Of a stretch of 64,000 nucleotides of DNA, positions 59,547 through 64,000 are shown piece by piece. Within the stretch, counting starts at the first letter, position 1. Each line of letters starts with the position of its first letter. The stretch lies in the NCBI RefSeq assembly GCF_009914755.1, contig NC_060936.1; one strand, 5' to 3'. The translations under genes were made by a program, and so were the position numbers. The notes under the pieces are model-generated. The model was not told where the DNA came from and made no database searches. It saw only the letters and a program-made list of their open reading frames with translations. The DNA is from the human T2T-CHM13v2.0 reference genome, Homo sapiens.

Positions 59547-59698
59547 TTTTTTTTTTTTTTTTTTTTACTATTATTATACTTTAAGTTTTAGGGCACATGT
59601 GCACAACGTGCAGGTTTGTTAAATATGTATACACGTGCCATATTGGTGTGCTGCACCCGTTAACTCGTTATTTAGCATTATGTATATCACCTAATGCT
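59547..59698 (-). mobile_element. Extremely 5'-truncated L1PA 3' end (~130 bp plus poly(A))
   Basis: Poly-T then ttattatactttaagttttaggg..catgtgcacaacgtgcaggtttg..cctaatgct. Confidence 0.92.
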
Positions 59699-61429
59699 AA
59701 AATAAAGGAGAAATTAAGACTCTCCCAGATAAAAACTGAGACAGTTAACTGCTAGTTGACTTACTCTATAAGAAATGCTAAAGGGAGTCCTTTGGACTGA
59801 AATAAAAGAACTCTAGGCTAACTCAAATTTACATAGAGAAATAAAGAACACTGCTAAAGATAAGTAAATGTAAAAAACAAATGTTGGAGAGAATTCTGGG
59901 AAGATGGCACAGTATGAAGCACCAAAAATTTATCTCCCCTCCAACAGAACAATTACACTGACATAATCTGTCTGAGGTAAATATTTTGGAATCTTGGAGT
60001 CTACTGAAGGCTGGCTTGCACCTTCCAGGAGAGGACCTGGATAGTAAATTTCAGTACATTTAGGTCAATTTCAGCTCTTAACTCAGCAGTGGCTATCCAT
60101 CCCCATTCTCCTGCGTATTTCTGGATCAGCTTGCACACAGCTTGCCGAAACCAGCAGGAGCCATAAGGATACTGTCCATTAAATATCAGGGATCTGTGTT
60201 CTGATATCTGATTGATGCTCTGATCAAAAAGGCAGAGACACAGACAAAGGTGGGAAGTTTTGTTGCAACTCCTCCTTTGTTGCAAGCCCTTCCCTCTCCA
60301 GCTGAAGTGAGATCCAGGGGGGTTCAAAGGGCCAGCGCCTCGGCACCTTTAGTTTTTCTCCTTTTCCCCTTTTGAGAGCCAGACATTAAAGACTAGGACA
60401 TTAAATTAAAAGCAACCACATATATAGAGGAAATTAGAAAGTAACTGTGCATGCCCAGAGAAAGGTATAGACTCAGAAATGACCAGAAAAGACCTTAGAT
60501 TTATACCTCAGGCTGGTCCTTGGCACAGAGAAGCCTATATCAATTAAAACAGAACAGATACAGCAAATTCTGGGAAAGGAGAAGAATCTGATTTCCAGAG
60601 ACATGATATTATTAGATTCATATATACAGCTTTCAACAAAAAAACCACAAGGCATCCAACAAACAGGAAAGTATGTCTCATTCAAAGGAAAAAATAAACC
60701 AACAGAAACTGTCCTTCAGAAAGACCTGATGAAATATTTACTAGGCAAAGAGTTTAAAACAATTGATAGTCAAAGAAGTAAAGGAAGATGTAAAGAAAAT
60801 CAAGAAAACAAAGCATAAACAAAATAAAAAGATCAATAAAAATATAGAAAACCCAAATGAAGCCAAAATGAAATTCTGGAACTGAAAAGTACAACTGAAG
60901 ACAAAAATTCACTAGAAGAATTGAAGGGTATATATATGAGCAGTTAGAAGAATTGATGAACTTGAGGACAGAACAATGGAAATTACTGAGTTTGGGGAAT
61001 AGCAATAAAGATTTAAGAAAAGTGAACAGAGCCTAACCAACCTGTAGGATATTATGAAGCAGACCAACATATCCATTGTAAGAGTTCTGCAAGAAGAGAA
61101 AGAGGCAAAGGGATTATTTGAAGAAATAGTACCCCAAATGTTTCCAAGTGTGATGAGATACAAGAATTATAAACATCCAAGAAGTTTAACGAACTCCAAA
61201 TGAGATAACTCAGAAAGACCCGTACCAAGACACATTATAATCCTACTGCCAAAAATAAAAAAAAAGAGAGAGAATCTTGAAAGCAGCAAGAGAGAAGTGA
61301 CACATCACATAAAAAGGCCTTTTCGTAGGATTATATATTTAAAGTGCTAAAAGAAAAACAACTGTCAACCATGAATCCTGTATCTAGCAAAACTGTCCTT
61401 CATAAATAAGGGATAAACAAGAATATAAA

Positions 61430-62230
61430 ACAATGTTCAACATTATTAATCAGAAAAATGCAAACCAAAACCACGATGAGAGACCATCTCACACCAGTCA
61501 GAATGGCTATTATTAAAAAGTCAAAAAATAACATGCTGGTGAGGCTGTGGAGAAAAGGGGATGCTTATACACTGCTGGTGGGAAAGAAATTAGGTCAGCC
61601 ATTGTGAAAAGCAGTTTGGTGATTTCTCAGAAAACTTAGAACTACCATTGACCCAGCAATCCCATTATTGGATACACACCCAAAGGAATATAAATTGTTC
61701 TACCGTTGTAGAAATATTCACAATAGCAAAGACAATAGGAATCAACCTATGTGCCCATCAACAGTAGTACTGGATTTTTTTAAATGAAGTACACATACAC
61801 CATGAAATACTACACATCCATAAAAAAAGAACAAGATCATATCATTTGCAGAAACATGAATGGAGCTGGGGGCCATTATCCCATTATCCTAAGTGAACTA
61901 ACGCAGGAACAGAAAACCAATACTGCGTGTTCTCCCGTATTAAGTAGGAACTAAATCTTGAGTACACATGGACACAAAAATGAGAACAATAGACACTGGG
62001 ACTACTTGAAGATGGAAAGTGCAAGGAGGGTGAAGATTGAAAAACCACCCACTGGAGTTAAGTAGTTATGCTATGCTACCTAGATAGCATAGGCACTATG
62101 CTCATCACCTGGCTGATGAAATAATCTGTACATCAAACCCCTGCAACATGCAACTTACCTATATAGCAAACCTGAACATGTACCTGTAAACATAAAGTAA
62201 AGGTTTTTAAGTACAATTTTTAAAAAACAC
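61430..62230 (+). mobile_element. Older L1PA (approximately PA15-16)/L1PB 3' end nested in L1M ORF1
   Basis: ccatctcacaccagtcagaatggctattattaaaaagtc..gatgaaataatctgtacatcaaaccc. Confidence 0.8.
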
Positions 62231-63254
62231 AAAATTGAGGGAGAAATTAAGAAATTAATAAATGAGGGAGAAATAAATTTTGTTTATCCCAGATAAACAA
62301 AAGCTGAGGAAATTTATGACCCTAGATCTACCCTGCAGGGAATACTAAAGGTGGCCTCACACTTTGAAATAAAAGAGCATTACACAGTTTAAAAAAAAGG
62401 CTTTGTGAAGAAGTAAAGATCCACAGTAAAGGTAAATACATGAACAATTATAAAAATTTGTATTATTGTAACTTTGGTCTGCAGCTACACATTTTGTTTT
62501 CTACATTATTTAAGATATTAATGCATTAAAAGTAATTATTGGTTCATATATCTGGACCCACAATGTGGAAAGATGTAATTTTGAAGCATCAATAACTGAA
62601 AAATGAGGTCTAGTCTGTAAAGGAGCAGAATCTCATATGTTACTGAAGTTAAGCTGTTGTAAAATCAAATTAGAGAGTTATAACTTTAGCATGTTAAATG
62701 TAATCCCCATGGTAACCAAACAGAAAATGCACATAGAATAAAAACCAAAGGAAATGAGAAAATACTTAAAACATTTAACTACAAAAAACATCAACTAAAC
62801 ACAAAAAGACAGTAATGCAAAGATAACAATTAGGACTATAAAAGCTATAAGGCATGTAGAAAACAAACAGAAAACTGACAGAAGTGCCTCCATATCAGAA
62901 ATTACTTTAAATGTAAGTGGATTAAACTCTCTCCAGTCAAAAGACATAGATTGAAAACTACCTCAGCATAATAAAAGCCACATATGAAAAATCCACAATG
63001 AATATTATACTCAATGTTGAAAGACTGAAAGCTTTTCTTCTAAGATCAGGAACAAGGCAAGGGTGAACAGGTTCATCACTTTTATTCAACATAGTACTGG
63101 ATACTCTATCCAGAGCAGTTAGGCAAGAAAAGGAAATAAAAGACATCTAAATTTGAAAAGAAGAGGCAAAATTATCTTTGTTCACAGATAATACGATCCT
63201 GTTTTTAGAAAACCATGAGTCCAGAAAAACTGTTAGAATTAATTAATTTAGCAC

Positions 63255-63470
63255 TTTTTCCTAAACAATACAGTATAATAACTATTTACATAACATTTAC
63301 ATTGTGTCAAGCATAGGTAATGTAGAGATTATTTAAACTACATAGGAGGATATGCATAGGTTATATGCAAATACTATGCTATTTTATATCAGAGATTTGA
63401 ACTTCTGTGGATTTTGATATCCATAGGAGGTCCTGGAAATAATCCCACATTGATACCAAAGGATGACTTT
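63255..63470 (+). mobile_element. MER2 (TcMar-Tigger) fragment
   Basis: cctaaacaatacagtataataactatttaca..gttatatgcaaatact..ggatgact. Confidence 0.75.
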
Positions 63471-64000
63471 GTAAAAATTAACTTAAAATATATCCAGTAC
63501 CTAAACATAACAGCAAAAACTGTAAAACTCTTAGAAAAAAAAACATAGGACAAAAGCTTTATGATGTTGGATTTGGCAATGATTTGTGAGACATGACACC
63601 AAAGACACAAACAACAGAAGAAAAAAGAAAGAAATTGAACTTCATGAAAATTGAAAAATGTTGTGCATCCGAAAACACTATCAACAGAGAAAAAGGCAAT
63701 ATACAAAATGGAAGAAAATATTAGCAAATCATACGTCTTATAAGGAATTAATATCCAGAATACATAGAGAATTCCTAAAACACAATAACCAATAGCCAAA
63801 CAACCTGGTTTAAGTAATAGGCTATGGACTTGAATAGACATTTCTCCAAAGAAGATATACAAATGGCTAGTAAGCACATAAAAACATGCTCAACATCACT
63901 AATCATTGAAAATGCCAATCAAAACTACAATGATATAACACTCACACTCATTAGGATGGCTACTATCAAAAACCAAACCAGACAAACAAACAAAGACACA

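Larger units (their letters stand above)
55960..59880 (+). mobile_element. L1M 5' UTR/ORF1 remnant, interrupted by Alus and by the 58489-59698 insertion
   Basis: ORF1 motifs aaatcctcaataagattaatggctga and aaggagaaattaagactctcccagataaa are colinear across the insertion. Confidence 0.75.
59885..64000 (+). mobile_element. Composite L1M element (5' UTR, ORF1, ORF2 pieces) running off the window
   Basis: gggaagatggc start, ORF1 gaatcttgaaagcagcaagagagaag, ORF2 aagatcaggaacaaggcaagg and ttctccaaagaagatatacaaatggc. Confidence 0.75.

Noticed and set aside
62071-62092. 8-bp hairpin ctatgcta..tagcatag in an L1 3' UTR
   Set aside because: It is too short and is most likely a local fold-back micro-insertion with no functional evidence.

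Overview
This is mammalian (primate, very probably human) genomic DNA, not prokaryotic. It contains the last three coding exons of PIK3C2G (class II PI3-kinase gamma, C-terminal C2 domain) on the + strand at 9454-9548, 40359-40484 and 47808-47960, followed by a short 3' UTR and about 15 kb of downstream DNA. Almost everything else is interspersed repeat: many L1 fragments of different ages, several Alus, L2, MIR, an ERVL provirus with MLT2-type LTRs, MLT1, MER20, MER2, and Tigger and mariner transposase fossils. Nearly all ORFs in the supplied track are repeat-derived or chance ORFs. I found no new multi-gene system. The most interesting observations are: (1) a probable L1-mediated 3' transduction of about 1.05 kb bracketed by a 14-bp target-site duplication (TSD) at 58475-59712; (2) a PIK3C2G exon that begins with a 5'-splice-site motif (a candidate for recursive splicing) at the start of a 30.8-kb intron; (3) three local templated duplications, one of them inverted inside the ERVL; and (4) a back-to-back bidirectional poly(A) signal in the 3' UTR. 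Repeat subfamily names and most repeat boundaries were assigned by eye and are approximate.
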